Shown here in pieces: positions 18,882-27,954 of a stretch of 61,457 nucleotides of DNA; the stretch's first letter is position 1; every line of letters begins with the position of its first letter. The notes beneath the pieces are model-generated. The model saw nothing but the letters and a program-made list of their open reading frames with translations, did not search any database and was not told where the DNA came from. This DNA comes from an uncultured Ectothiorhodospiraceae bacterium (GTDB lineage: Bacteria > Pseudomonadota > Gammaproteobacteria > S012-40): assembly GCA_964636675.1 (NCBI GenBank), contig CAZWUO010000002.1, positions 1 to 61,457 on the forward strand, given 5' to 3'. The position numbers and the translations under genes are program-made.

Positions 18882-19753
18882 GTCTGTTAACAGTGGCGAC
18901 TCCGGAATTCATCAGCGATGGTCAGGCTGCGCTGCAGTTTAACGCTGAACAATCTATAGATGTGCAATGTGCTCAAGTCAATTTTTCTGATAACAGTGTG
19001 TTTTTGCCAACAAATGGCAGTGTGTTTGGTTTTCATTTATATCGAAAATTCGATCCGGCGACGACCCAAATATGGGATGAAGAACTACAAAGCTGGCAAC
19101 CAGAAAATAAAGTAGCAGAACCAACAACGCTTGCTTATAAAGATGACCTTTGGCAAATGGTAATTGTTCCCCTTGGTTTATTGGATCAAGCCGGTCAAGC
19201 TAAATTTGCTACCGATCTAACTACTAGCTATCCGAAATATTTCGTTCGTTGTGTGTTTGAAGGTGCTGACGTTGATGGCACTGCAGTAATAGGTACTAGC
19301 GCACCGAGTAAGGAAGTGGAAATATACGCAGCAGGCGTGACCCAACGCGCCTCTCTGACGATGGAGCCTGAAGATTCCACCATGGCGGAAGAGATTCGTT
19401 TGTTTTTAAAAGATGCCGCATTGACTGCGGAGCAGGGGACAGTCGCGATTCGTCAGCAAGGTGCAGGGTTTGAAATAGAAGTTGCGGTGAGTGGCGCTAA
19501 TGTATTATTAAACAGCGTTGGCGACATTGTGTTGACTCCGCAAGCAGGACGGCAAGTACAAATTTCGGGTGACTTAAACGTCAGTGGTGATTTGGGTGTT
19601 AGTGGTAATTTGGACGTGGTTAATGATCTAAATGTGGACGCGAAGTTGACCGTGAAAAACGGATTAGTGGTTTCGGGTATGTCTACATTTAACGGTAACG
19701 TGGCCGTGCAAGGAAGCTTAAGTATTAACGGAGTGACGGTGATAGCGCCATGA
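18878..19753 (+). CDS. hypothetical protein with a C-terminal short-repeat (beta-helix-like) region, in the spike-tip slot
   Basis: 291 aa, with overlapping starts and stops on both sides. The C-terminus reads SGDLNVSGDLGVSGNLDVVNDLNVDAKLTVKNGLVVSGMSTFNGNVAVQGSLSINGVTV. No PAAR motif is seen. Confidence 0.6.
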   Translation: MSLLTVATPEFISDGQAALQFNAEQSIDVQCAQVNFSDNSVFLPTNGSVFGFHLYRKFDPATTQIWDEELQSWQPENKVAEPTTLAYKDDLWQMVIVPLGLLDQAGQAKFATDLTTSYPKYFVRCVFEGADVDGTAVIGTSAPSKEVEIYAAGVTQRASLTMEPEDSTMAEEIRLFLKDAALTAEQGTVAIRQQGAGFEIEVAVSGANVLLNSVGDIVLTPQAGRQVQISGDLNVSGDLGVSGNLDVVNDLNVDAKLTVKNGLVVSGMSTFNGNVAVQGSLSINGVTVIAP

Positions 19754-20166
19754 TTGATAAGGGTAATAAAATAGAACGTGAATTTCTAGGTATGGGTTGG
19801 AAATTTCCGTTACAAGTAACGCCACAAGGCACCATCGCCCAAGCTAGCGCGGAACAACGCATAGAAGAATCCATTTATTTGATTCTTAGCACCGCAAAAG
19901 GTGAACGTGTAATGTTGCCGGATTTTGGCTGCGGAATACATGACCTAGTATTTGAGCCCAATAATAGCATTACTCGCACCTTAGTCGTGAAAAATATTCG
20001 TGAAGCGTTGGTGCGTCATGAAGCCCGTGTTGATGTGCTGGAAGTGGAAGCACAAGCCACGGACGAGCAACCAAATTTATTGTTGATGCGAATTAACTAT
20101 CGTATTCGCAGTAATAATGCATTAGGCAATTTGGTTTATCCATTTTATATCACTGAGGGACAGTAG
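19750..20166 (+). CDS. GPW/gp25-family baseplate wedge protein (Afp9-like)
   Basis: 138 aa. The motif is GMGWKFPLQV...IEESIYLILSTAKGERVMLPDFGCGIHDLVFEP. Confidence 0.9.
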   Translation: MIDKGNKIEREFLGMGWKFPLQVTPQGTIAQASAEQRIEESIYLILSTAKGERVMLPDFGCGIHDLVFEPNNSITRTLVVKNIREALVRHEARVDVLEVEAQATDEQPNLLLMRINYRIRSNNALGNLVYPFYITEGQ

Positions 20167-20168
20167 TA

Positions 20169-22139
20169 ATGCCCATTGCGGATCACATTCCTGTTATCGA
20201 TGATCGTAGTTACGACGATATCATCGCCGAAATTAGAACTCGTATTGCGCGTTACACACCGGAATGGCAACCGGTGTGGAGCGACGTAAACGATAATGAT
20301 CCCGGCATAACAATGATGCAAGTGTTTGCCTGGTTAAGCGAAATATTAATATATCGTTTAGGCAAAGTGCCTGAGCATAATTATTTAAAATTTTTACAAT
20401 TATTGGGCATCGAATTAAATCCGGCAGAGCCGGCCATTGCCGAAATCTGGTTTCCGGTAAAGGCTTCGTATACCGAGGCCTTTGTCATTGTACCTGCACG
20501 CACACAAGTGTCCGCGCAATCAGACAACAGCAGCCGACCCATTATCTTTGAAACCGATCAAGCACTCACCGCACTAACGGCCGTATTAGATAAAGTGCAA
20601 GCGTATGACGGTTTTTCTTATCGCGATGTTAGTAGTGACAATGATGAAGCGGTGTCGGGTTATGAACCCTTTGGGCCCTTAGCGAATGCGGATAGCGCTT
20701 TATTATTAGGTTTTGATTACAGTGCTGCGATGCCTGAAATAGAATTTGATTTAGCAGTATCGGTTGTGGATGTTAATGCTAGCAATACGGATGTCAGCTG
20801 TAGCTTGCCGCAGACGACGGTTTATGCCTCAGCAGAACTGGTGTGGGAATATTGGCAAGGCAGCGATTGGGTGGAGATGAGTATTCGCAAAGACGATAGC
20901 AATGCAATGGTGCAGTCCGGTCATGTAAAAATAAAATTTCCCGCCAGTGAAAAAATGCAACAACTTGTTATTGGTCAAGTCAGCGAATCACGTTTTTGGA
21001 TTCGATCGCGTTTAGTTAGTGCCGCTTATGAGAAAGCACCACGGCTATTGGCGGTGCGCACGAATACCATGCGTGCAACGCAGGCAGAAACGATTAAAGA
21101 CGAAGTTCTTGGTGGCAGCAGTGGTCAACCCAATCAGCTTTTAAATCTGGCGAATAAACCCGTATTAGCTAACTCCTTATCGTTGGAAATCGATGAGGGT
21201 GATGACTTCAAAACGTGGCAAATCGTAGAAGATTTTTATGCTTCCACCGCTGATGATAGTCATTACGTGTTAAACAGAACGACCGGCCAGGTAACTTTTG
21301 GTGATGGAGTGCATGGCCGCATCCCGGTGGCTAACGTCAACAATGCAGGTGCAAATATTGTGGCGAGAGAGTATCGCATTGGAGGCGGCAAACTCGGTAA
21401 TGTTGCCGCCGCGAGTTTGACATCATTGCTTACAGGTGCTACCGGCGTGGATGAAAATGCTATTGGTAATTTGCTGGCGGCGCATAGCGGTCGTGATGAA
21501 GAAGCCTTAGAAGATGCCAAGCTGCGAGCGCCGCGAGCACTAAAAAGTCAATGCCGGGCGGTTAGTGTAGAAGATTTTGAAACGCTGGCTAAGGCAGCGG
21601 CAAATGTAAAACGAGCGCAAGCGCTGCCGCTCTATCATCCTGATTTTCCCGAGGTGAAAGTGCCAGGTGTCATTAGCGTCATCGTCGTACCCGACAGTGA
21701 TGCGGAAAAACCTATGCCCAGTGAGGGCATGTTAAAAACGGTATGTGAGTATTTGAACCAACGACGTTTGTTAACAACCGAAGTTTATATATTAAAACCA
21801 CAATACCAAAAAATAAGTATTGATGTTGATGTGGTGGTCGAAAATAGCGCCGATTTAGCCGAAGTGCAAGAAACCATAGAGACCGATTTAATCGATTATT
21901 TTCATCCCCTACACGGCGGCGAAAGCGGATCAGGTTGGCCATTTGGGGGTGCTATTTATTTTTCTTTAGTATACCGCCGTATTTTAAACGTTGCTGGTGT
22001 GGCTAGACTCACTGAGTTAAAGCTGTTACTCGATGATGTGGAACAAGTGGAATGCAAGGACATTGATATCGCATCGAATACGCTGTTGTATTCTGTTAAT
22101 CATCAAATCACAGGTAACTATGGTAGTGCTAAGTTATGA
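20169..22139 (+). CDS. Baseplate_J / gp6-like baseplate protein (Afp11-like)
   Basis: 656 aa. The N-terminus IDDRSYDDIIAEIRTRIARYTPEWQ...NDPGITMMQVFAWLSEILIYRLGKVPEHNYLKFLQLLGI is typical of this eCIS baseplate assembly protein. Confidence 0.85.
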   Translation: MPIADHIPVIDDRSYDDIIAEIRTRIARYTPEWQPVWSDVNDNDPGITMMQVFAWLSEILIYRLGKVPEHNYLKFLQLLGIELNPAEPAIAEIWFPVKASYTEAFVIVPARTQVSAQSDNSSRPIIFETDQALTALTAVLDKVQAYDGFSYRDVSSDNDEAVSGYEPFGPLANADSALLLGFDYSAAMPEIEFDLAVSVVDVNASNTDVSCSLPQTTVYASAELVWEYWQGSDWVEMSIRKDDSNAMVQSGHVKIKFPASEKMQQLVIGQVSESRFWIRSRLVSAAYEKAPRLLAVRTNTMRATQAETIKDEVLGGSSGQPNQLLNLANKPVLANSLSLEIDEGDDFKTWQIVEDFYASTADDSHYVLNRTTGQVTFGDGVHGRIPVANVNNAGANIVAREYRIGGGKLGNVAAASLTSLLTGATGVDENAIGNLLAAHSGRDEEALEDAKLRAPRALKSQCRAVSVEDFETLAKAAANVKRAQALPLYHPDFPEVKVPGVISVIVVPDSDAEKPMPSEGMLKTVCEYLNQRRLLTTEVYILKPQYQKISIDVDVVVENSADLAEVQETIETDLIDYFHPLHGGESGSGWPFGGAIYFSLVYRRILNVAGVARLTELKLLLDDVEQVECKDIDIASNTLLYSVNHQITGNYGSAKL

Positions 22140-24334
22140 ATCAAGGTAAGGTCCATAAATCAAACTTGCATCCCATACCCCAGCCTCCTCACGATCCCAG
22201 GTGGTGGCGTCTTGATAAGCGTGCAGGATGGCGAACGTTGGCAAGTTCGCAGGTCGTACCAAGTTTTGACGGGCACGTTTTGGAGTTGGCGCACTTGCCT
22301 AGCGGGGGGCGCCTAACATTCGAACCCAGTGGCAGTTTTGGTGGTTTGGTATTGCCCGCCAACATGGCTTTCGGCGTTGACGGTCGCATTTATTTATTGG
22401 ATAGCGAAGCCGTAATGCTCAAATTATTTGACCCATGTGATTGTGTATTTCGCGCTGCGCCCTGTATCTCAGGCGAAGGCAGCGAGCCACGACAATTATT
22501 AAACCCTCACAGTGTGGCCATCCACAATGGCATGTTGTATGTCGCTGATACGGGCAATCATCGCGTGTCGATTTTTACTTTGCGCGGATGGTTGTTGCGA
22601 ACCCATCTCGTGCCGCCAGCCCATGCCCAATTAACGCAAGTCTGGCAACCTTATGGTCTGGCGTTTGATCATTGTGGTCGCTTGTTAGTAACCGATCCCG
22701 CTAATGCTTGCATTCATCGATTCTCAACGCAAGGTCAATGGTTGGAGTGTTGGCCGGGGTTTGCTGAGGTACGGTATATTGCGGTCGATTGCCGGGCTTA
22801 TATTTATGTCATTAACGATACCGCAGATCAAGCAGCGATCTTGCTCGATGGTGATGGGCAACGTTTAGGAACGGTTCGTTATGCTGGGGAAGTTGCACAA
22901 TATTTTTCGAATCTACCAGTTACGGTAGACACGGGTGGTCAGGTCGAACTTAGCCCGTTATGCAATAACGAGCAAGCACATTGGTTCGACATGCAGGGTC
23001 AAAAAATCGCAGTTCTGAGCATGGATAATAAAGCGATATATGAGATCTCAGGTGACTATTTAAGTGAAGCCTTAGACAGTGGTATATCACAATGCCAGTG
23101 GCATCGAGTGATTTTACATGCGGATGTGCCGCAAAGTTCACGCATTAAAATTAAAACCTATAGCGCTGAAATTCCTTTGCCTTTGAGTCATATTCAAAGC
23201 CTACCTGATATAGCCTGGAAAACTGTGTTTACGGTTTATCCCCAAGATAAAAAAGATTGGGATGTTTTGATCACCAGCGGCGGTGGACGTTATTTATGGT
23301 TGGCATTTACAATGACCAGCGACGGCTTAGTCACACCACGCTTAGAATCTATCCGTGTAGAATTTCCACGTATCAGTTTGCGCCGTTATTTGCCCTCCGT
23401 GTTTGCTGAAAATCCTGCTGGAGCAGATTTCACAGATCGTTTTCTGAGTTTAGTCGATACCACATTACGCAGTATAGAAAATCATGTAGACCGTCAAGCG
23501 GCATTGTTTGATCCCGTTGCGACGCCAGCTGCCGCCAATGCTAAAGAGGCAAAGGAAAAAGGCGACTTTTTAACATGGTTGGCTTCTTGGATAGGTGTGA
23601 GTCTTAATCGGCATTGGCCGGAAGTCAAACGGCGGGCATTTGTTGCTCGCGCCGCTTCTTTATATAACATGCGTGGCACACGTTATGGATTGTGGCGACA
23701 ATTATTATTTCATTTAGATATAGAACCCGAGTATCAATGTTGTATTACCGATAAAAATGCTACAGCATGTACACCTAAACCACTTAACTGTTCGCCATCA
23801 GAAAATACTCAAAACCAGTGGTATGCGCCGCCGCTGATACTCGAACATTTTCAATTGCGCCGTTGGTTGCATCTCGGGCGTGGTCGGTTAGGCGAGCAAG
23901 CCGTATTGTGGGGACAGGCGATTGTTAATCGCAGTCAACTGAGTCGCAGTGCGCAAGTGGGTGTTACCCAGTTAAAAACAAGTCAAGACCCCTATCGTGA
24001 TCCGTTCCATTATTATGCGCACAAATTTTCTGTGTTCGTGCCCGCGTGTTTAGCGCAGTCACCGCAACAATACAATGCATTGGTTAGTTTATTAGAAGAA
24101 GAAAAACCGGCGCACACATTATATCAACTTGAATTAGTAGAGCCGCGTATGCGTATTGGCGTACAGGCGAGCATTGGTTTGAACTCTGTGGTCGGAAGTT
24201 ATCCGCAAGGTGTGCGTTTAACAGGACAAGCCTTGGGCCAGGACACCGTGTTGTCAGCGGCACCGCATAAACAACTTGAGCCAGGGTTTGCAATAGGAAG
24301 AAAAAGCAGATTGGGCGGAGATAGCCGTGTGTAG
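22136..24334 (+). CDS. baseplate wedge protein: N-terminal NHL-repeat beta-propeller fused to a P2 gpI-like tail protein domain (Afp12-like position)
   Basis: NHL-like blades: NPHSVAIHNGMLYVADTGNHRVSIF, PYGLAFDHCGRLLVTDPANACIHRF, YIAVDCRAYIYVIND. The gpI-like segment reads RYLPSVFAENP.GADFTDRFLSLVDTTLRSIENHVDRQAALFDP...FLTWLASWIGV. Confidence 0.75.
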   Translation: MNQGKVHKSNLHPIPQPPHDPRWWRLDKRAGWRTLASSQVVPSFDGHVLELAHLPSGGRLTFEPSGSFGGLVLPANMAFGVDGRIYLLDSEAVMLKLFDPCDCVFRAAPCISGEGSEPRQLLNPHSVAIHNGMLYVADTGNHRVSIFTLRGWLLRTHLVPPAHAQLTQVWQPYGLAFDHCGRLLVTDPANACIHRFSTQGQWLECWPGFAEVRYIAVDCRAYIYVINDTADQAAILLDGDGQRLGTVRYAGEVAQYFSNLPVTVDTGGQVELSPLCNNEQAHWFDMQGQKIAVLSMDNKAIYEISGDYLSEALDSGISQCQWHRVILHADVPQSSRIKIKTYSAEIPLPLSHIQSLPDIAWKTVFTVYPQDKKDWDVLITSGGGRYLWLAFTMTSDGLVTPRLESIRVEFPRISLRRYLPSVFAENPAGADFTDRFLSLVDTTLRSIENHVDRQAALFDPVATPAAANAKEAKEKGDFLTWLASWIGVSLNRHWPEVKRRAFVARAASLYNMRGTRYGLWRQLLFHLDIEPEYQCCITDKNATACTPKPLNCSPSENTQNQWYAPPLILEHFQLRRWLHLGRGRLGEQAVLWGQAIVNRSQLSRSAQVGVTQLKTSQDPYRDPFHYYAHKFSVFVPACLAQSPQQYNALVSLLEEEKPAHTLYQLELVEPRMRIGVQASIGLNSVVGSYPQGVRLTGQALGQDTVLSAAPHKQLEPGFAIGRKSRLGGDSRV

Positions 24335-24385
24335 AGAGCGTTTACTTTTTATGCTCACCCTCGTAATTAGAAGGAGAAAGGTTCG

Positions 24386-26086
24386 ATGAGTGGAACAAAA
24401 GGCGGGACAGCAACGAACGCCTGTCCGGAATGTGACATCGGCCCGTTTAAACGTAATCATTATTTTACGGGTAAGTTATTGGTGGAACGGGATTTTACCG
24501 ATGAACAACGCTATTTCATGGACAAGCAGCGTTTACATAATCAGCAATTGCACGGCAGTGGTGTGGTGTGTGGTTTACGTGTGGTAGCTCATGATAATAC
24601 TGAGTGCCAGCATAAGTATGTGTGTATAGAGCCAGGTTTGGCCATTGATTGTTGTGGTCGCGAAATTCGTTTGTTAGAAGAAGAATGCATCGACATTACG
24701 CAATACGAAGCGGTGCAAGCGTTAATTAAGGAACAAAATGCCGCAGATCCCGATGATCCAGACGTGCAACGGAAACATGCATTACAGATTTGCATAAAGT
24801 ACCGAGAATGTCCTACGGAGAATATCCCGGTTTTATATGATGAATGTGGATGCGATGACACACAATGTGCGCCTAACCGTATCTTAGAGTCATATAGCAT
24901 TGACATCATTGTTGATCATGATTTAAGCAACGATGATGATGGTGACGAACCGTGTTGCGAAGCAATGTGGAAATCTGTAGAGGCTTGTCCTAGTTGTACT
25001 TCTAACGATGACAATGATGATTGTTTAGTATTGGCTACCATTATTGACTATATACCTGGGCAAGCGATAGAAGAAAGTCATATTGATAACCGCAGCCATC
25101 GCCAATTATTGTCTAGTACACAGACCCTAAGCGACATAATTCGTTGTTTGTGCGAACGCGAGCCAGGTGGTGGTGGGCCGGGTATCGATGATGTGCGAAT
25201 TACCATCGTCGCCTGTGATCAACCCGGTAGTGCAGTGGTACAGATGATTGCGGGTCAACGCGTGTTAGTGTTGGAAATTCCGCGTGGTTGTGATGGTAGC
25301 AACGGTCAGGACGGGGCGAATGGTCAGGACGGGGCGAATGGTCAGGACGGAGTTGGTTTGGAATTAGATTTGACTCGCATCAACCGACTCAGTTGGCGCC
25401 ACAGTCTTCCGGCGGTAGGTTTGGCAAATATTAAGCGTAACAATGGCGAAATTGCACAAGGTTTTATTATCGGTTTTACTGCTGAAGTGGTAGCAAGCAG
25501 GGTGGATTCCGATCATATCTTTCAAGTCGCGATAAAACATCGCTCAAGGGAAAGCAATATTCCTGTATTTTGCCGCTGTTACCTTGACGGTGAAGTTATA
25601 CCTGTGAAAAATCTACAAGACAATGCATTCGGTGTTATCGGTTTTGCCGAAGAATCTGTGAGCCCCTCAGATGGGGTTGCTTTTATTCCTCAATGGCAAG
25701 TCATCGATAATTCATTTGAATTGGATGATTTATTTATTACCTTGCGCGGTGATTTTGTCACCGACGTTTCAATGCGTGCGATTGATGCAGAGTTTGTACG
25801 CGGCAGCTTACCGACAGGTGACCGAGCACAGGGTAGTCCCTATGGCATTCAAGGTGGAACTTTTGAAAGTTGGTTCAGCCTAGATCCCAAAGCGACGAGT
25901 ACTGGTGCGCTTTCCATTAACCGTGCAGAGGTGGCATTAATCGCCAAATTACCGCGCGTAACCCCCACTCTCGCTAATAGAATCATTGCAAATAGACCTT
26001 TTAATAATAGTGATGAGTTGCTCAAGCTGAGAGGTGTATCAAAGACGTTGCTTGATGAAATTCGAAATTTAATTAACTTTGATTGA
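24386..26086 (+). CDS. fibre/baseplate-peripheral protein paralogue 1: Cys-rich N-domain, collagen-like GXY run, C-terminal helix-hairpin-helix
   Basis: AAGGAG RBS. It carries the shared N-terminal motif HYFTGKLLVERDFTDEQRYFMDKQRLHNQQLHGSGVVCGL and seven GXY triplets (GSNGQDGANGQDGANGQDGVG). The C-terminus is ComEA-like: INRAEVALIAKLPRVTPTLANRIIANRPFNNSDELLKLRGVSKTLLDEI. Confidence 0.65.
   Translation: MSGTKGGTATNACPECDIGPFKRNHYFTGKLLVERDFTDEQRYFMDKQRLHNQQLHGSGVVCGLRVVAHDNTECQHKYVCIEPGLAIDCCGREIRLLEEECIDITQYEAVQALIKEQNAADPDDPDVQRKHALQICIKYRECPTENIPVLYDECGCDDTQCAPNRILESYSIDIIVDHDLSNDDDGDEPCCEAMWKSVEACPSCTSNDDNDDCLVLATIIDYIPGQAIEESHIDNRSHRQLLSSTQTLSDIIRCLCEREPGGGGPGIDDVRITIVACDQPGSAVVQMIAGQRVLVLEIPRGCDGSNGQDGANGQDGANGQDGVGLELDLTRINRLSWRHSLPAVGLANIKRNNGEIAQGFIIGFTAEVVASRVDSDHIFQVAIKHRSRESNIPVFCRCYLDGEVIPVKNLQDNAFGVIGFAEESVSPSDGVAFIPQWQVIDNSFELDDLFITLRGDFVTDVSMRAIDAEFVRGSLPTGDRAQGSPYGIQGGTFESWFSLDPKATSTGALSINRAEVALIAKLPRVTPTLANRIIANRPFNNSDELLKLRGVSKTLLDEIRNLINFD
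25311..25350 (+). repeat. in-frame 18-bp tandem repeat (AATGGTCAGGACGGGGCG, about 2.2 units)
   Basis: Direct reading of 25311-25350. It encodes the NGQDGA repeats of the collagen-like run. Confidence 0.9.
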
Positions 26087-26096
26087 GGTAAAGACT

Positions 26097-27797
26097 ATGG
26101 CAAATCGTACGATCAGTTCCAAAACGGCCAGAGTCAGCGGGTATAACTACCGCACAGCAGCAAGCGAGTTAAAGCAAACTTCGCTGCAACCCTGCCCAGT
26201 TTGCAATGATTTAGAATGTTTATGTCGACCACGTTTTTTTGCTGGTCAACTATTAAGTGAAGATGATCTAAATCTGCTCGATCAATACATAATCAAAAAG
26301 AATCGCTTGCACAACCGTTATCTGCACGGTTGGGGAGTCGTATGTGGCATGGAAGTCGTTTGCAGTTTTTGCGATGGCCAGGTTTTAGTGCACGAAGGTT
26401 TTGCATTAAGCCCTTGTGGCGACGATATTGTGTTATGCAAGGATGAGCACGTCGATGTATGTAAACTAATAAAACGTTGTTTGGATGAAATACCAAAACC
26501 CGATTGTCACGTCCCGAGTTATGGCAATGATGATTGCGGAGAGATGGAAGACAAATGGGTGTTGTGCGTGCGGTATCGTGAGCGTTCCAGTCGTGGAGTG
26601 ATGCCATTGCAAGGTAGCGGGAAAAAGTCTGGTAGTTGCCAATCCGGTTGTAGCTGTGGTGATAGTACAGCACAATGTACTTGCGATACCACCGCAACAG
26701 TTAGCAAACAAAAAACAAATAGCAATGCGTTGCAATGTGAACCAACTGTCATTTGCGAGGGTTACGAGTTTGATGTTTATAAATTACCTGCATCGGACAA
26801 GGACAAAGATGACGACCCAAGCAAAATGGAAGAGCGCTTTATTTGTTGTTTAAAACCTTTTATAAAAGCTATTCCTTCCATCGACAAAGACGCCACGCCA
26901 ACGCAAATGTATCAGTGGTTGTGTCGACTCAAATCGAATTTACAAGAAGTGCTGATATCCCACCCTATTTATAGTTGTAAGCTGATGGAGCAATTGGCTA
27001 AATTTCATTGCCCTCATCCCAGACAATTTGGAACCTCAGAGGAATACGAGGCGGCCGTTACTGACGCTATTTTGTTGCTCATACCCGTTGTGGTCGAAAT
27101 TATTCGCTATTGTTTGTGTTCGGTTTTGATGCCACCGTGTCCCGAAGCTTTAGATGACTGTGTGCCCTTGGCCACAATTACGGTGCGGCGCAACGACTGT
27201 AAAATATTACATGTATGCAATTGGCAAGAGCGTAAGTTTGCGACCACGTTTCCTGCTTTGCAATATTGGTTAGAGCCACTGGGTATCGGTGATTGGTTGC
27301 GTGAGCAGCTCGAAAAAATATGCTGTGATGTGTTTGAGTTACGTCGAGATGATAAAATTGACCTAACACGAGGGGATCAAACGGCGAGCAGTACAAACGG
27401 CGTGAAATCTATGTTAAACCGTGGTCAGGGCAATGGCTTAAGCCGTATGGTATCTTCCGCGTTGTTTGAGCGCGGCCCCGTTCTGGATGAGCAACGTTAT
27501 TTTATGGGTTTACTCGGCGTGGCGAATGCCGACGCCAAAGGTGAAGCATTTGCGTCGGACGAGGAATTAAATCAACCGTTCCAGAAATTGCTTCTAGACC
27601 GTTTTACTTCCATCCTGTTTGACAGTTTCAAGTCAGGGCTTTCATCGGATGTTACCGCGGGATCGATGGCAGGAATGGAAAAACTGTTTACGACCGAAAT
27701 CGCCAGTGGTGCTGGGCGTGATAACGATCTGGCCAGTCTGCAAAGGCAAATGACAGATTTGCAAGCCAAGGTAGATCAATTGTCGAAAAATTTGTAA
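26097..27797 (+). CDS. fibre/baseplate-peripheral protein paralogue 2, very Cys-rich
   Basis: The ATG at 26097 lies 7 nt after GAGGT. It carries the shared motif RFFAGQLLSEDDLNLLDQYIIKKNRLHNRYLHGWGVVCGM and the shared later motif DDCVPLATITV (paralogue 1 has DDCLVLATIID). There are roughly 35 Cys, and the C-terminus is coiled-coil. Confidence 0.6.
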   Translation: MANRTISSKTARVSGYNYRTAASELKQTSLQPCPVCNDLECLCRPRFFAGQLLSEDDLNLLDQYIIKKNRLHNRYLHGWGVVCGMEVVCSFCDGQVLVHEGFALSPCGDDIVLCKDEHVDVCKLIKRCLDEIPKPDCHVPSYGNDDCGEMEDKWVLCVRYRERSSRGVMPLQGSGKKSGSCQSGCSCGDSTAQCTCDTTATVSKQKTNSNALQCEPTVICEGYEFDVYKLPASDKDKDDDPSKMEERFICCLKPFIKAIPSIDKDATPTQMYQWLCRLKSNLQEVLISHPIYSCKLMEQLAKFHCPHPRQFGTSEEYEAAVTDAILLLIPVVVEIIRYCLCSVLMPPCPEALDDCVPLATITVRRNDCKILHVCNWQERKFATTFPALQYWLEPLGIGDWLREQLEKICCDVFELRRDDKIDLTRGDQTASSTNGVKSMLNRGQGNGLSRMVSSALFERGPVLDEQRYFMGLLGVANADAKGEAFASDEELNQPFQKLLLDRFTSILFDSFKSGLSSDVTAGSMAGMEKLFTTEIASGAGRDNDLASLQRQMTDLQAKVDQLSKNL

Positions 27798-27954
27798 CTA
27801 TTAATTCGTAACTATTCAGCGTACCTACAATGATTCGTGTTTGGTTTTGATTTATTGTCGAATTACGCCAGATCTGGTTTGAGTTAATGGCATCGGGACT
27901 CGGTGTTCGCAACCATGCGAACAACGGTATCTGATACCAGATAGGAGGAATAAG

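Noticed and set aside
25311-25350. The tandem 18-bp repeat, considered as a CRISPR-like array or non-coding VNTR.
   Set aside because: It is in frame within a long CDS and encodes GXY triplets. It has no spacers and no cas genes. No CRISPR array was seen anywhere in the window.
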